Source: Eledone cirrhosa
Lineage: Eukaryota
Direction: 5' to 3'
NCBI GenBank assembly: GCA_964016885.1
Contig: CAXHJY010000812.1
Location: 1 to 64,000, forward strand
Length of the DNA: 64,000 nt
Each line of letters opens with the position of its first letter. Positions within the stretch are counted from its first letter, which is position 1. The translations under genes were made by a program, and so were the position numbers. Below the pieces are notes generated by a model that made no database searches, was not told the origin of the DNA, and was given only the letters and a program-made list of their open reading frames with translations. This document shows positions 60,351 through 64,000 of the stretch, one piece after another.

Positions 60351-60887
60351 TGCACAGACAGACACACATAAATATATCTGTCTATATATATATAAATATA
60401 TATGTATACATATATATATACATAAATATATACATATATATATTTATATATATACATAAATATATACATATATATAAACATAAATATATATACATATATA
60501 TATAAACATAAATATATATACATATATATATATAAACATAAATATATATACATATATATATAAACATAAATATATATACATATATATATAAACATAAATA
60601 TATATACATATATATATAAACATAAATATATATACATATATATACATAAACATAAATATGTATACATATATATATAAACATAATATATATGTATAAACAT
60701 AAATATATATAAATATAAATATATAAACATAAATAAATATATATATATATAAACAAAGAAATATACAGACATATATATATATAAACATAAATATATATAC
60801 ACATATATATAGAAACATAAATATATATACACATATATATATAAACATAAATATATATACATATATATAAACATAATATATATATAC

Positions 60888-60968
<81 letters not shown>

Positions 60969-61025
60969 CATATATATACATATATATATATATATAAATA
61001 TATATACACATATATATAAACATAA

Positions 61026-61070
<45 letters not shown>

Positions 61071-61247
61071 TATACATATATATATATATATAAACATAAA
61101 TACATATATATATACATATAAACATAAATATAAATACATATATATATATAAACATATATACGTATATGTAAATATATATATACGTACATGTATCTAGATA
61201 TATATAAATATATATATAAATAAATATATATATACATAAATATATAG

Positions 61248-61321
61248 AAATCATTTATTTGCTTACAATTGTTTCCTCCAAACCGAGGTTTGGATTCTTC
61301 GGAGCAACTATTTAGTGATTT
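61248..61321 (-). ncRNA. Hammerhead-like motif with CCGAAGA core (H2), solo pseudo-LTR fragment
   Basis: Minus strand AAATCA..TTGCT-CCGAAGA-A-TCCAAAC(CTCG)GTTTGGA-G-GAAA-CAATTG-TA-AGCAA..TGATTT. Confidence 0.75.
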
Positions 61322-61430
61322 TTTACATACTTGACCTCCTTTTCAACACAAGAGACATATAAAAACATATGTATATATGTATATATGTATATATGTAAAT
61401 ATATATATATATATATATATAAATATATAT

Positions 61431-61488
61431 ACAAGGGCGGTGCCCCAGCATGGCCTCAGCCGGATGGCTGAAACAGGTAAAAGAGTAA
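61431..61488 (+). mobile_element. SINE 3' tail fragment
   Basis: GGGCGGTGCCCCAGCATGGCC.CAG....TGGCTGAAACAGGTAAAAGA resembles Octopus SINE tails (recall). Confidence 0.55.
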
Positions 61489-61500
61489 TATATATATATA

Positions 61501-61554
<54 letters not shown>

Positions 61555-61561
61555 TTTATAC

Positions 61562-61592
<31 letters not shown>

Positions 61593-61603
61593 AATATTTA
61601 TAC

Positions 61604-61644
<41 letters not shown>

Positions 61645-61923
61645 CATATATATAAATATATATATATAAATATAGTAATAATAAATGTGAAGACTAAAAT
61701 CCAAAGAGGGCTCGATAAGGATAAATATATATCAAATATATAAGATCCGTAGAGCAAATATTTATTAAAATAACATATTAAAGTTTAAGCAAAGAATCGC
61801 TGCTTTCACCCATAACGGATCTTCTGAAACTAACAGAGTCAATCTGTAAACGCAGAAGTGGATATTTTAAAAAAATGATGCAACCGGAGGGAGACAGGAA
61901 GACGATACTTTGGTTCGTGGTAA

Positions 61924-62190
61924 CGTTCGCTGGCAAAGAACGGGAAAAAAACGAATATAATACGTCATTAATAGGAGCGGTGAGAAACAATTACGCGCAA
62001 AGACAGAACCACGTTTATGTTATAAAAGAGGTCGAAGACTAATGTTCTCTTAGGTGGTTCATAGAGACGTTCTCTGGCAATGAACGAAAAAAACGAAGAT
62101 AATACGTCATATGTGGAGCGTGGAGAATAATAGCACGCAAAGACAAAACCACGTAAATGGTATAGCAGAAGTCGCAGACTAAAATTCTAA
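61924..62190. repeat. Diverged tandem duplication (~145-bp period)
   Basis: CGTTC.CTGGCAA.GAACG..AATACGTCAT..CGCAAAGACA.AACCACGT..GTCG.AGACTAA occurs twice. Confidence 0.75.
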
Positions 62191-62384
62191 CTAGGAGACC
62201 GAATGAATCTCCGCTACAGAGTTAAGGACAAAGTAAATAAATACAATACAGAAGTAATCGAAATAAATGAGCACTCTACTGACTTATATTCATCATGCAG
62301 AAACAACATCTGAATATTTCTACAAAGAACATACCAGTACCAAGCAGGAAAACATACCTAAAACTTCTGATACAGAAAACATGT

Positions 62385-62668
62385 AAATATATATAAATAT
62401 ATAAATCGATATATATATAAATATATATATATAAATATGTATACATATATATACATATACATATACATATATATACATATATATAAATATGTAAACATAT
62501 ATATACATATACATATACATATATATACATATATATAAATATGTAAACATATATATAAATATGTAAACATATATATAAATATGTAAACATATATATAAAT
62601 ATGTATACATATATATAAATATACATATATATAAATATACATATATATAAATATACATATATATACAT

Positions 62669-62699
<31 letters not shown>

Positions 62700-63112
62700 A
62701 ATATGTAAACATATATATAAATATGTATACATATATATAAATATGTATACATATATATAAATATACATATATATACATATACATATATATACATATACAT
62801 ATATATACATATATATATATATAAATATGTAAACATATATATAAATATGTATACATATATATAAATATGTATACATATATATAAATATACATACATATAT
62901 ATAAATATACATACATATATATAAATATACATATATATACATATACATATATATACATATACATATATATACATATACATATATATACATATACATATAT
63001 ATATATATATATATAAATATGTAAACATATATATAAATAAATATATATATATAAGTATGTATACATATATATATAAATATGTATATATATATATATATAT
63101 ACATATATATAA

Positions 63113-63179
<67 letters not shown>

Positions 63180-63723
63180 AATATGTATACATATATATAA
63201 ATATGTATATATAAATCTGTATACATATATATAAATATGTATATATATATAAATATGTATACATATATATATATAAATATGTATACATATATATAAATAT
63301 ATATACATATATATAAATATAAATATGTATAGATATATATATAAATATGTATACATATATAAATATGTATACATATATATATATATATATATATATAACT
63401 ATGTATATATATATAAATATGTATACATATATATATATATATAACTATGTATATATATATAAATATGTATACATATATATATATATATATATATAACTAT
63501 ATATAACTATGTATATATATATATATATATAACTATATATAACTATGTATATATATATATAACTATATAACTATATATAACTATGTATATATATATATGT
63601 ATATATATAACTATATATAACTATGTATATATATATATGTATATATATAACTATTTATAGATATATATATATATAAATATGTATTTCATATATATATATA
63701 TATAACTATGTATATATATATAA

Positions 63724-63766
<43 letters not shown>

Positions 63767-63872
63767 TACATATTTATATATATATATATATATATATATA
63801 AATACATATTTATATATATATATACATAGTTATATAGTTATATATATATATATATATATATAACTATATAAC

Positions 63873-63947
<75 letters not shown>

Positions 63948-64000
63948 CTATGTATATATATATATATATATATATAACTATGTATATATATATATATATA
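62385..64000. repeat. (TA)n-based compound arrays
   Basis: Seen directly. Confidence 0.95.

Overview
AT-rich, microsatellite-dominated animal genomic DNA; the tRNA-derived SINE families resemble Octopus/cephalopod SINEs (recalled, not database-checked). No clear host gene is present, and nearly all long ORFs in the track are artefacts of (TA)n/(CA)n arrays. Real content: two 5'-truncated Penelope-like elements (PLEs) capped by an inverted copy of their own 3' pseudo-LTR (about 4.5-7.2 kb and 32.0-34.6 kb), a 5'-complete CR1/L2-group LINE with an unusual Myb/SANT-like + CCCH ORF1 fused to the endonuclease and an internal inversion (27.9-31.9 kb), several RTE LINE remnants, SINEs, a hAT MITE with an 8-bp TSD, and several satellites, one of which arose inside an RTE coding region. 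The most striking signal is a dense set of type I hammerhead-ribozyme motifs (CUGANGA...GAAA...UH, mostly with a self-complementary stem III). There are about 12 well-formed copies plus degenerate ones, from at least 7 sequence families, in short non-coding islands within (TA)n. They occur alongside recurrent fold-back palindromes, which suggests a PLE-dependent population of ribozyme-bearing mobile RNAs. All RNA structures were folded by eye and none is shown to be active.
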